A DNA stretch of 64,000 bases from Balanoglossus misakiensis (Eukaryota; Animalia; Hemichordata): positions 6,619,577-6,683,576 of the forward strand of contig CM082592.2 in the NCBI GenBank assembly GCA_040954595.2, in the 5' to 3' direction. The notes below the pieces were generated by a model. It had not been told where the DNA came from, did no database searches, and worked only from the letters and a program-made list of their open reading frames with translations. The position numbers and the translations under genes are program-made. Each line of letters begins with the position of its first letter. Within the stretch, counting starts at the first letter, position 1. Below are positions 50,201-64,000 of this stretch, one piece after another.

Positions 50201-53200
50201 AATCATCCAAAAATGACGATTTTTCGACTTTGCGAAATATCAAAATTTCTTCATTTTTTCATAAAAATCATTGGTTATAGCCCATGAAAATCATCCAAAA
50301 ATGACGATTTTTCGACTTTGCGAAATATCAAAATTTCTTCATTATTTCATAAAAATCATGGGTTATAGCCCATGAAAATCATCCAAAAATGACGATTTTT
50401 CGACTTTGCGAAATATCAAAATTTCTTCATTATTTCATAAAAATCATGGGTTATAGCCCATGAAAATCATCCAAAAATGACGATTTTTCGACTTTGCGAA
50501 ATATCAAAATTTCTTCATTTTTTCATAAAAATCATGGGTTATAGCCCATGAAAATCATCCAAAAATGACGATTTTTCGACTTTGCGAAATATCAACATTT
50601 CTTCATTTTTTCATAAAAATCATGGGTATAGCCCATGAAAATCATCCAAAAATGACGATTTTTCGACTTTGCGAAATATCAAAATTTCTTCATTTTTTCA
50701 TAAAAATCATGGGTTATAGCCCATGAAAATCATCCAAAAATGACGATTTTTCGACTTTGCGAAATATCAAAATTTCTTCATTTTTTCATAAAAATCATGG
50801 GTTATAGCCCATGAAAATCATCCAAAAATGACGATTTTTCGACTTTGCGGAATATCAAAATTTCTTCATTATTTCATAAAAATCATGGGTTATAGCCCAT
50901 GAAAATCATCCAAAAATGACGATTTTTCGACTTTGCGGAATATCAAAATTTCTTCATTTTTTCATAAAAATCATGGGTTATAGCCCATGAAAATCATCCA
51001 AAAATGACGATTTTTCGACTTTGCGGAATATCAAAATTTCTTCATTTTTTCATAAAAATCATGGGTTATAGCCCATGAAAATCATCCAAAAATGACGATT
51101 TTTCGACTTTGCGAAATATCAAAATTTCTTCATTATTTCATAAAAATCATGGGTTATAGCCCATGAAAATCATCCAAAAATGACGATTTTTCGACTTTGC
51201 GAAATATCAAAATTTCTTCATTTTTTCTTAAAAATCATGGGTTATAGCCCATGAAAATCATCCAAAAATGACGATTTTTCGACTTTGCGAAATATCAAAA
51301 TTTCTTCATTATTTCATAAAAATCATGGGTTATAGCCCATGAAAATCATCCAAAAATGACGATTTTTCGACTTTGCGAAATATCAAAATTTCTTCATTTT
51401 TTCATAAAAATCATGGGTTATAGCCCATGAAAATCATCCAAAAATGACGATTTTTCGACTTTGCGAAATATCAAAATTTCTTCATTTTTTCATAAAAATC
51501 ATGGGTTATAGCCCATGAAAATCATCCAAAAATGACGATTTTTCGACTTTGCGAAATATCAAAATTTCTTCATTTTTTGACAAAAATCATGGGTTATAGC
51601 CCATGAAAATCATCCAAAAATGACGATTTTTCGACTTTGCGAAATATCAAAATTTCTTCATTTTTTCATAAAAATCATGGGTTATAGCCCATGAAAATCA
51701 TCAAAAAATGACAATTTTTGGACTTTGCGAAATATCAAAATTTCTTCATTTTTTGATAAAAATCATGGGTTATAGCCCATGAAAATCATCCAAAAATGAC
51801 GATTTTTCGACTTTGCGAAATATCAAAATTTCTTCATTTTTTGATAAAAATCATGGGTTATAGCCCATGAAAATCATCCAAAAATGACGATTTTTCGACT
51901 TTGCGAAATATCAAAATTTCTTCATTTTTTGATAAAAATCATGGGTTATAGCCCATGAAAATCATCCAAAAATGACGATTTTTCGACTTTGCGAAATATC
52001 AAAATTTCTTCATTTTTTCACAAAAATCATGGGTTATAGCCCATGAAAATCATCCAAAAATGACGATTTTTCGACTTTGCGAAATATCAAAATGTCTTCA
52101 TTTTTTCATAAAAATCATGGGTTATAGCCCATGAAAATCATCCAAAAATGACGATTTTTCGACTTTGCGAAATATCAAAATTTCTTCATTTTTTCATAAA
52201 AATCATGGGTTATAGCCCATGAAAATCATCCAAAAATGACGATTTTTCGACTTTGCGAAATATCAAAATTTCTTCATTTTTTCATAAAAATCATTGGTTA
52301 TAGCCCATGAAAATCATCCAAAAATGACGATTTTTCGACTTTGCGAAATATCAAAATTTCTTCATTATTTCATAAAAATCATGGGTTATAGCCCATGAAA
52401 ATCATCCAAAAATGACGATTTTTCGACTTTGCGAAATATCAAAATTTCTTCATTTTTTCATAAAAATCATGGGTTATAGCCCATGAAAATCATCCAAAAA
52501 TGACGATTTTTCGACTTTGCGAAATATCAAAATTTCTTCATTTTTTCATAAAAATCATGGGTTATAGCCCATGAAAATCATCCAAAAATGACGATTTTTC
52601 GACTTTGCGAAATATCAAAATTTCTTCATTTTTTCATAAAAATCATGGGTATAGCCCATGAAAATCATCCAAAAATGACGATTTTTCGACTTTGCGAAAT
52701 ATCAAAATTTCTTCATTTTTTCATAAAAATCATGGGTTATAGCCCATGAAAATCATCCAAAAATGACGATTTTTCGACTTTGCGAAATATCAAAATTTCT
52801 TCATTTTTTCATAAAATCATGGGTTATAGCCCATGAAAATCATCCAAAAATGACGATTTTTCGACTTTGCGAAATATCAAAATTTCTTCATTTTTTGACA
52901 AAAATCATGGGTTATAGCCCATGAAAATCATCCAAAAATGACGATTTTTCGACTTTGCGAAATATCAAAATTTCTTCATTTTTTCATAAAAATCATGGGT
53001 TATAGCCCATGAAAATCATCCAAAAATGACGATTTTTCGACTTTGCGAAATATCAAAATTTCTTCATTATTTCATAAAAATCATGGGTTATAGCCCATGA
53101 AAATCATCCAAAAATGACGATTTTTCGACTTTGCGAAATATCAAAATTTCTTCATTTTTTCATAAAAATCATGGGTTATAGCCCATGAAAATCATCCAAA

Positions 53201-56200
53201 AATGACGATTTTTCGACTTTGCGAAATATCAAAATTTCTTCATTTTTTCATAAAAATCATGGGTTATAGCCCATGAAAATCATCCAAAAATGACGATTTT
53301 TCGACTTTGCGAAATATCAAAATTTCTTCATTTTTTCATAAAAATCATGGGTTATAGCCCATGAAAATCATCCAAAAATGACGATTTTTCGACTTTGCGA
53401 AATATCAAAATTTCTTCATTTTTTCATAAAAATCATGGGTTATAGCCCATGAAAATCATCCAAAAATGACGATTTTTCGACTTTGCGAAATATCAAAATT
53501 TCTTCATTTTTTCATAAAAATCATGGGTTATAGCCCATGAAAATCATCCAAAAATGACGATTTTTCGACTTTGCGAAATATCAAAATTTCTTCATTTTTT
53601 CATAAAAATCATTGGTTATAGCCCATGAAAATCATCCAAAAATGACGATTTTTCGACTTTGCGAAATATCAAAATTTCTTCATTATTTCATAAAAATCAT
53701 GGGTTATAGCCCATGAAAATCATCCAAAAATGACGATTTTTCGACTTTGCGAAATATAAACATTTCTTCATTATTTCATAAAAATCATGGGTTATAGCCC
53801 ATGAAAATCATCCAAAAATGACGATTTTTCGACTTTGCGAAATATCAAAATTTCTTCATTTTTTCATAAAAATCATGGGTTATAGCCCATGAAAATCATC
53901 CAAAAATGACGATTTTTCGACTTTGCGAAATATCAAAATTTCTTCATTTTTTCATAAAATCATGGGTTATAGCCCATGAAAATCATCCAAAAATGACGAT
54001 TTTTCGACTTTGCGAAATATCAAAATTTCTTTATTTTTTCACAAAAATCATGGGTTATAGCCCATGAAAATCATCCAAAAATGACGATTTTTCGACTTTG
54101 CGAAATATCAAAATTTCTTCATTTTTTCATAAAAATCATGGGTTATAGCCCATGAAAATCATCCAAAAATGACGATTTTTCGACTTTGCGAAATATCAAA
54201 ATTTTTTCATTTTTTCATAAAAATCATGGGTTATAGCCCATGAAAATCATCCAAAAATGACGATTTTTCGACTTTGCGAAATATCAAAATATCTTCATTT
54301 TTTCATAAAAATCATGGGTTATAGCCCATGAAAATCATCCAAAAATGACGATTTTTCGACTTTGCGAAATATCAAAATTTCTTCATTTTTTCATAAAAAT
54401 CATGGGTTATAGCCCATGAAAATCATCCAAAAATGACGATTTTTCGACTTTGCGAAATATCAAAATTTCTTCATTTTTTCATAAAAATCATGGGTTATAG
54501 CCCATGAAAATCATCCAAAAATGACGATTTTTCGACTTTGCGAAATATCAAAATTTCTTCATTTTTTCATAAAAATCATGGGTTATAGCCCATGAAAATC
54601 ACCCAGAAATGACAATTTTTCGACTTTGCGAATTTTCGAAATTTGGTCATTTTTTGATAAAAACCATGGGTTATAGCTCATGAAAATCACCCAGAAATGA
54701 CAATTTTTCGACTTTGCGAATTTTCGAAATTTGGTGATTTTTTGCTAAAAACCATGGGTTATAGCTCATGAAAATCACCCAGAAATGACAATTTTTCGAC
54801 TTTGCGAATTTTCGAAATTTGGTGATTTTTTGATAAAAACCATGGGTTATAGCTCATGAAAATCACCCAGAAATGACAATTTTTCGACTTTGCGAATTTT
54901 CGAAATTTGGTGATTTTTTGATAAAAACCATGGGTTATAGCTCATGAAAATCACCCAGAAATGACAATTTTTCGACTTTGCGAATTTTCGAAATTTGGTG
55001 ATTTTTTGATAAAAACCATGGGTTATAGCTCATGAAAATCACCCAGTAATGATAATTTATCGACTTTGCGAATTTTCGAAATTTGGTGTTTTTTGATAAA
55101 AACCATGGGTTATAGCTCATGAAAATCACCCAGAAATGACAATTTTTCGACTTTGCGAATTTTCGAAATTTGGTGATTTTTTGATAAAAACCATGGGTTA
55201 TAGCTCATGAAAATCACCCAGAAATGACAATTTTTCGACTTTGCGAATTTTCGAAATTTGGTGATTTTTTGATAAAAACCATGGGTTATAGCTCATGAAA
55301 ATCACCCAGAAATGACGATTTTTCGACTTTGCGAATTTTCGAAATTTGGTGATTTTTTGATAAAAACCATGGGTTATAGCTCATGAAAATCACCCAGAAA
55401 TGACAATTTTTCGACTTTGCGATTTTTCGAAATTTGGTGATTTTTTGATAAAAACCATGGGTTATAGCCCATGAAAATCACCCAGAAATGACAATTTTTC
55501 GACTTTGCGAATTTTCGAAATTTGGTGATTTTTTGATAAAAACCATGGGTTATAGCTCATGAAAATCACCCAGAAATGACAATTTTTCGACTTTGCGAAA
55601 TATCAAAATTTCTTCATTTTTTGATAAAAATCATGGGTTATAGCCCATGAAAATCATCCAAAAATGACGATTTTTCGACTTTGCGAAATATCAAAATTTC
55701 TTCATTTTTTGACAAAAATCATGGGTTATAGCCCACGAAAATCATCCAAAAATGACGATTTTTCGACTTTGCGATATATCAAAATTTCTTCATTTTTTCA
55801 TAAAAATCATGGGTTATAGCCCATGAAAATCATCCAAAAATGACGATTTTTCGACTTTGCGAAATATCAAAATTTCTTCATTATTTCATAAAAATCATGG
55901 GTTATAGCCCATGAAAATCATCCAAAAATGACGATTTTTCGACTTTGCGAAATATCAAAATTTCTTCATTTTTTCATAAAAATCATGGGTTATAGCCCAT
56001 GAAAATCATCCAAAAATGACGATTTTTCGACTTTGCGAAATATCAAAATTTCTTCATTTTTTGATAAAAATCATGGGTTATAGCCCATGAAAATCATCCA
56101 AAAATGACGATTTTTCGACTTTGCGAAATATCAAAATTTCTTCATTTTTTCATAAAAATCATGGGTTATAGCCCATGAAAATCATCCAAAAATGACGATT

Positions 56201-59200
56201 TTTCGACTTTGCGAAATATCAAAATTTCTTCATTTTTTCATAAAAATCATGGGTTATAGCCCATGAAAATCATCCAAAAATGACGATTTTTCGACTTTGC
56301 GAAATATCAAAATTTCTTCATTTTTTGATAAAAATCATGGGTTATAGCCCATGAAAATCATCCAAAAATGACGATTTTTCGACTTTGCGAAATATCAAAA
56401 TTTCTTCATTTTTTCATAAAAATCATTGGTTATAGCCCATGAAAATCATCCAAAAATGACGATTTTTCGACTTTGCGAAATATCAAAATTTCTTCATTAT
56501 TTCATAAAAATCATGGGTTATAGCCCATGAAAATCATCCAAAAATGACGATTTTTCGACTTTGCGAAATATAAACATTTCTTCATTATTTCATAAAAATC
56601 ATGGGTTATAGCCCATGAAAATCATCCAAAAATGACGATTTTTCGACTTTGCGAAATATCAAAATTTCTTCATTTTTTCATAAAAATCATGGGTTATAGC
56701 CCATGAAAATCATCCAAAAATGACGATTTTTCGACTTTGCGAAATATCAAAATTTCTTCATTTTTTCATAAAATCATGGGTTATAGCCCATGAAAATCAT
56801 CCAAAAATGACGATTTTTCGACTTTGCGAAATATCAAAATTTCTTCATTTTTTCACAAAAATCATGGGTTATAGCCCATGAAAATCATCCAAAAATGACG
56901 ATTTTTCGACTTTGCGAAATATCAAAATTTCTTCATTTTTTCATAAAAATCATGGGTTATAGCCCATGAAAATCATCCAAAAATGACGATTTTTCGACTT
57001 TGCGAAATATCAAAATTTTTTCATTTTTTCATAAAAATCATGGGTTATAGCCCATGAAAATCATCCAAAAATGACGATTTTTCGACTTTGCGAAATATCA
57101 AAATATCTTCATTTTTTCATAAAAATCATGGGTTATAGCCCATGAAAATCATCCAAAAATGACGATTTTTCGACTTTGCGAAATATCAAAATTTCTTCAT
57201 TTTTTCATAAAAATCATGGGTTATAGCCCATGAAAATCATCCAAAAATGACGATTTTTCGACTTTGCGAAATATCAAAATTTCTTCATTTTTTCATAAAA
57301 ATCATGGGTTATAGCCCATGAAAATCATCCAAAAATGACGATTTTTCGACTTTGCGAAATATCAAAATTTCTTCATTTTTTCATAAAAATCATGGGTTAT
57401 AGCCCATGAAAATCACCCAGAAATGACAATTTTTCGACTTTGCGAATTTTCGAAATTTGGTGATTTTTTGATAAAAACCATGGGTTATAGCTCATGAAAA
57501 TCACCCAGAAATGACAATTTTTCGACTTTGCGAATTTTCGAAATTTGGTGATTTTTTGATAAAAACCATGGGTTATAGCTGATGAAAATCACCCAGTAAT
57601 GATAATTTTTCGACTTTGCGAATTTTCGAAATTTGGTGATTTTTTGATAAAAACCATGGGTTATAGCTCATGAAAATCACCCAGAAATGACAATTTTTCG
57701 ACTTTGCGAATTTTCGAAATTTGGTGATTTTTTGATAAAAACCATGGGTTATAGCTCATGAAAATCACCCAGAAATGACAATTTTTCGAGTTTGCGAATT
57801 TTCGAAATTTGGTGATTTTTTGATAAAAACCATGGGTTATAGCTCATGAAAATCATCCAGAAATGACGATTTTTCGACTTTGCGAATTTTCGAAATTTGG
57901 TGATTTTTTGATAAAAACCATGGGTTATAGCTCATGAAAATCACCCAGAAATGACAATTTTTCGACTTTGCGATTTTTCGAAATTTGGTGATTTTTTGAT
58001 AAAAACCATGGGTTATAGCCCATGAAAATCACCCAGAAATGACAATTTTTCGACTTTGCGAATTTTCGAAATTTGGTGATTTTTTGATAAAAACCATGGG
58101 TTATAGCTCATGAAAATCACCCAGAAATGACAATTTTTCGACTTTGCGAATTTTCGAAATTTGGTGATTTTTTGATAAAAACCATGGGTTATAGCTCATG
58201 AAAATCACCCAGAAATGACAATTTTTCGACTTTGCGAATTTTCGAAATTTGGTGATTTGTTGATAAAAACCATGGGTTATAGCTCATGAAAATCACCCAG
58301 AAATGACGATTTTTCGACTTTGCGAATTTTCGAAATTTGGTGATTTTTTGATAAAAACCATGGGTTATAGCTCATGATAATCACCCAGAGATGACAATTT
58401 TTCGACTTTGCGAATTTTCGAAATTTGGTGATTTTTTGATAAAAACCATGGGTTATAGCTCATGAAAATCACCCAGAAATGACGATTTTTCGACTTTGCG
58501 AATTTTCGAAATTTGGTGATTTTTTGATAAAAACCATGGGTTATAGCTCATGAAAATCACCCAGAAATGACGATTTTTCGACTTTGCGAATTTTCGAAAT
58601 TTGGTGATTTTTTGATAAAAACCATGGGTTATAGCTCATGAAAATCACCCAGAGATGACAATTTTTCGACTTTGCGAATTTTCGAAATTTGGTGATTTTT
58701 TGATAAAAACCATGGGTTATAGCTCATGAAAATCATCCAGAAATGACGATTTTTCGACTTTGCGAATTTTCGAAATTTGGTGATTTTTTGATAAAAACCA
58801 TGGGTTATAGCTCATGAAAATCACCCAGAAATGACAATTTTTCGACTTTGCGATTTTTCGAAATTTGGTGATTTTTTGATAAAAACCATGGGTTATAGCC
58901 CATGAAAATCACCCAGAAATGACAATTTTTCGACTTTGCGAATTTTCGAAATTTGGTGATTTTTTGATAAAAACCATGGGTTATAGCTCATGAAAATCAC
59001 CCAGAAATGACAATTTTTCGACTTTGCGAATTTTCGAAATTTGGTGATTTTTTGATAAAAACCATGGGTTATAGCTCATGAAAATCACCCAGAAATGACA
59101 ATTTTTCGACTTTGCGAATTTTCGAAATTTGGTGATTTGTTGATAAAAACCATGGGTTATAGCTCATGAAAATCACCCAGAAATGACGATTTTTCGACTT

Positions 59201-62200
59201 TGCGAATTTTCGAAATTTGGTGATTTTTTGATAAAAACCATGGGTTATAGCTCATGATAATCACCCAGAGATGACAATTTTTCGACTTTGCGAATTTTCG
59301 AAATTTGGTGATTTTTTGATAAAAACCATGGGTTATAGCTCATGAAAATCACCCAGAAATGACGATTTTTCGACTTTGCGAATTTTCGAAATTTGGTGAT
59401 TTTTTGATAAAAACCATGGGTTATAGCTCATGAAAATCACCCAGAAATGACAATTTTTCGACTTTGCGAATTTTCGAAATTTGGTGATTTTTTGATAAAA
59501 ACCATGGGTTATAGCTCATGAAAATCACCCAGAAATGACAATTTTTCGACTTTGCGAATTTTCGAAATTTGGTGATTTTTTGATAAAAACCATGGGTTAT
59601 AGCTCATGAAAATCACCCAGAGATGACAATTTTTCGACTTTGCGAATTTTCGAAATTTGGTGATTTTTTGATAAAAACCATGGGTTATAGCTCATGAAAA
59701 TCACCCAGAAATGACAATTTTTCGACTTTGCGAATTTTCGAAATTTGGTGATTTTTTGATAAAAACCATGGGTTATAGCTCATGAAAATCACCCAGAAAT
59801 GACAATTTTTCGACTTTGCGAATTTTCGAAATTTGGTGATTTTTTGATAAAAACCATGGGTTATAGCTCATGAAAATCACCCAGAAATGATAATTTTTCG
59901 ACTTTGCGAATTTTCGAAATTTGGTGATTTTTTGATAAAAACCATGGGTTATAGCTCATGAAAATCACCCAGAAATGACAATTTTTCGACTTTGCGAATT
60001 TTCGAAATTTGGTGATTTTTTGATAAAAACCATGGGTTATAGCTCATGAAAATCACCCAGAAATGACAATTTTTCGACTTTGCGAATTTTCGAAATTTGG
60101 TGATTTTTTGATAAAAACCATGGGTTATAGCTCATGAAAATCACCCAGAAATGACAATTTTTCGACTTTGCGAATTTTCGAAATTTGGTGATTTTTTGAT
60201 AAAAACCATGGGTTATAGCTCATGAAAATCACCCAGAAATGACAATTTTTCGACTTTGCGAATTTTCGAAATTTGGTGATTTTTTGATAAAAACCATGGG
60301 TTATAGCTCATGAAAATCACCCAGAAATGACAATTTTTCGACTTTGCGAATTTTCGAAATTTGGTGATTTTTTGATAAAAAGCATGGGTTATAGCTCATG
60401 AAAATCACCCAGAAATGACAATTTTTCGACTTTGCGAATTTTCGAAATTTGGTGATTTTTTGATAAAAAGCATGGGTTATAGCTCATGAAAATCACCCAG
60501 AGATGACAATTTTTCGACTTTGCGAATTTTCGAAATTTGGTGATTTTTTGATAAAAACCATGGGTTATAGCTCATGAAAATCACCCAGAAATGACAATTT
60601 TTCGACTTTGCGAATTTTCGAAATTTGGTGATTTTTTGATAAAAACCATGGGTTATAGCTCATGAAAATCACCCAGAAATGACGATTTTTCGACTTTGCG
60701 AATTTTCGAAATTTGGTGATTTTTTGATAAAAACCATGGGTTATAGCTCATGAAAATCACCCAGAAATGACGATTTTTCGACTTTGCGAATTTTTGAAAT
60801 TTGGTGATTTTTTGATAAAAACCATGGGTTATAGCTCATGAAAATCACCCAGAAATGACGATTTTTCGACTTTGCGAATTTTCGAAATTTGGTGATTTTT
60901 TGATAAAAACCATGGGTTATAGCTCATGAAAATCACCCAGAAATGACGATTTTTCGACTTTGCGAATTTTCGAAATTTGGTGATTTTTTGATAAAAACCA
61001 TGGGTTATAGCTCATGAAAATCACCCAGAAATGACAATTTTTCGACTTTGCGAATTTTCGAAATTTGGTGATTTTTTCATAAAAACCATGGGTTATAGCT
61101 CATGAAAATCACCCAGAAATGACGATTTTTCGACTTTGCGAATTTTCGAAATTTGGTGATTTTTTCATAAAAACCATGGGTTATAGCTCATGAAAATCAC
61201 CCAGAAATGACGATTTTTCGACTTTGCGAATTTTCGAAATTTGGTGATTTTTTGATAAAAACCATGGGTTATAGCTCATGAAAATCACCCAGAAATGACG
61301 ATTTTTCGACTTTGCGAATTTTCGAAATTTGGTGATTTTTTGATAAAAAGCATGGGTTATAGCTCATGAAAATCACCCAGAAATGACAATTTTTCGACTT
61401 TGCGAATTTTCGAAATTTGGTGATTTTTTGATAAAAACCATGGGTTATAGCTCATGAAAATCACCCAGAAATGACAATTTTTCGACATTGCGAATTTTCG
61501 AAATTTGGTGATTTTTTGATAAAAAGCATGGGTTATAGCTCATGAAAATCACCCAAAGATGACGATTTTTCGACATTGCGAATTTTCGAAATTTGGTGAT
61601 TTTTTGATAAAAACCATGGGTTTATAGCTCATGAAAATCACCCAGAAATGACGATTTTTCGACTTTGCGAATTTTCGAAATTTGGTGATTTTTTGATAAA
61701 AACCATGGGTTATAGCTCATGAAAATCACCCAGAAATGACAATTTTTCGACTTTGCGAATTTTCGAAATTTGGTGATTTTTTGATAAAAACCATGGGTTA
61801 TAGCTCATGAAAATCACCCAGAAATGACAATTTTTCGACTTTGCGAATTTTCGAAATTTGGTGATTTTTTGATAAAAACCATGGGTTATAGCTCATGAAA
61901 ATCACCCAGAAATGACAATTTTTCGACTTTGCGAATTTTCGAAATTTGGTGATTTTTTGATAAAAACCATGGGTTATAGCTCATGAAAATCACCCAGAAA
62001 TGACGATTTTTCGACTTTGCGAATTTTCGAAATTTGGTGATTTTTGATAAAAACCATGGGTTATAGCTCATGAAAATCACCCAGAAATGACAATTTTTCG
62101 ACTTTGCGAATTTTCGAAATTTGGTGATTTTTTGATAAAAACCATGGGTTATAGCTCATGAAAATCACCCAGAAATGACAATTTTTCGACATTGCGAATT

Positions 62201-64000
62201 TTCGAAATTTGGTGATTTTTTGATAAAAAGCATGGGTTATAGCTCATGAAAATCACCCAGAAATGACGATTTTTCGACATTGCGAATTTTCGAAATTTGG
62301 TGATTTTTTGATAAAAACCATGGGTTATAGCTCATGAAAATCACCCAGAAATGACGATTTTTCGACTTTGCGAATTTTCGAAATTTGGTGATTTTTTGAT
62401 AAAAACCATGGGTTATAGCTCATGAAAATCACCCAGAAATGACAATTTTTCGACTTTGCGAATTTTCGAAATTTGGTGATTTTTTGATAAAAACCATGGG
62501 TTATAGCTCATGAAAATCACCCAGAAATGACAATTTTTCGACTTTGCGAATTTTCGAAATTTGGTGATTTTTTGATAAAAACCATGGGTTATAGCTCATG
62601 AAAATCACCCAGAAATGACAATTTTTCGACTTTGCGAATTTTCGAAATTTGGTGATTTTTTGATAAAAACCATGGGTTATAGCTCATGAAAATCACCCAG
62701 AGATGACAATTTTTCGACTTTGCGAATTTTCGAAATTTGGTGATTTTTTGATAAAAACCATGGGTTATAGCTCATGAAAATCACCCAAAAATGACGATTT
62801 TTCGACTTTGCGAATTTTCGAAATTTGGTGATTTTTTGATAAAAACCATGGGTTATAGCTCATGAAAATAACCCAGAAATGACGATTTTTCGACTTTGCG
62901 AATTTTCGAAATTTGGTGATTTTTTGATAAAAACCATGGGTTATAGCTCATGAAAATCACCCAGAAATGACAATTTTTCGACTTTGCGAATTTTCGAAAT
63001 TTGGTGATTTTTTGATAAAAACCATGGGTTATAGCACATGAAAATCACCCAGAAATGACGATTTTTCGACTTTGCGAATTTTCGAAATTTGGTGATTTTT
63101 TGATAAAAACCATGGGTTATAGCTCATGAAAATCACCCAGAAATGACGATTTTTCGACTTTGCGAATTTTCGAAATTTGGTGATTTTTTGATAAAAACCA
63201 TGGGTTATAGCTCATGAAAATCACCCAGAAATGACGATTTTTCGACTTTGCGAATTTTCGAAATTTGGTGATTTTTTGATAAAAACCATGGGTTATAGCT
63301 CATGAAAATCACCCAGAAATGACAATTTTTCGACTTTGCGAATTTTCGAAATTTGGTGATTTTTTGATAAAAACCATGGGTTATAGCTCATGAAAATCAC
63401 CCAGAAATGACAATTTTTCGACATTGCGAATTTTCGAAATTTGGTGATTTTTTGATAAAAAGCATGGGTTATAGCTCATGAAAATCACCCAGAAATGACG
63501 ATTTTTCGACATTGCGAATTTTCGAAATTTGGTGATTTTTTGATAAAAACCATGGGTTATAGCTCATGAAAATCACCCAGAAATGACGATTTTTCGACTT
63601 TGCGAATTTTCGAAATTTGGTGATTTTTTGATAAAAACCATGGGTTATAGCTCATGAAAATCACCCAGAAATGACAATTTTTCGACTTTGCGAATTTTCG
63701 AAATTTGGTGATTTTTTGATAAAAACCATGGGTTATAGCTCATGAAAATCACCCAGAAATGACAATTTTTCGACTTTGCGAATTTTCGAAATTTGGTGAT
63801 TTTTTGATAAAAACCATGGGTTATAGCTCATGAAAATCACCCAGAAATGACAATTTTTCGACTTTGCGAATTTTCGAAATTTGGTGATTTTTTGATAAAA
63901 ACCATGGGTTATAGCTCATGAAAATCACCCAGAAATGACGATTTTTCGACTTTGCGAATTTTCGAAATTTGGTGATTTTTTGATAAAAACCATGGGTTAT
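47283..64000. repeat. 88-bp satellite DNA array, about 190 monomers visible, two subfamilies, continues beyond the window
   Basis: Period 88 (CATGGG at 47365, 47453, 47541). A = CATGGGTTATAGCCCATGAAAATCATCCAAAAATGACGATTTTTCGACTTTGCGAAATATCAAAATTTCTTCATTTTTTCATAAAAAT. B = CATGGGTTATAGCTCATGAAAATCACCCAGAAATGACAATTTTTCGACTTTGCGAATTTTCGAAATTTGGTGATTTTTTGATAAAAAC. Blocks: A 47283-54600, B 54601-about 55590, A about 55600-57414, B 57415-end. Confidence 0.99.

Noticed and set aside
54935-55129. ORFs inside the satellite (also 61886-62080)
   Set aside because: They arise from 1-nt deletions in monomers that delay the stop codon; they are translations of the repeat.
47283-64000. CRISPR array or CENP-B box in the 88-bp repeat
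   Set aside because: No unique spacers, eukaryotic context, and no TTCG-n4-A-n2-CGGG motif.

Overview
Intron-rich animal genomic DNA, probably an invertebrate deuterostome (inferred from vertebrate-like proteins and gene structure; the species cannot be determined here). Bases 1-25 kb hold four genes, reconstructed by hand from splice sites with frame continuity: the 3' two-thirds of a MORC2 orthologue (+, 16 visible exons, stop at 6019), a complete SEC14L2-like CRAL-TRIO/GOLD gene (-, 11 coding exons, 405 aa), a complete MTO1/GidA gene (+, 16 coding exons, 662 aa) divergent from it, and an SLC35G/EamA transporter with a single coding exon (-). Bases 25-43 kb are CpG-rich non-coding DNA with transposon remnants and a composite repeat block at 38.1-41.1 kb. 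In that block a 170-bp tandem unit is itself a complete acceptor-exon-donor cassette. At 43271-43592 is the first coding exon of a signal-peptide/ANF-receptor-domain protein (receptor guanylyl cyclase-like). About 3.7 kb into its presumed first intron an 88-bp satellite begins and runs more than 16.7 kb to the window end. It has two subfamilies in A-B-A-B blocks and several higher-order duplications, and is a candidate (peri)centromeric array or giant satellite-filled intron. No CRISPR, tRNA or rRNA was seen.
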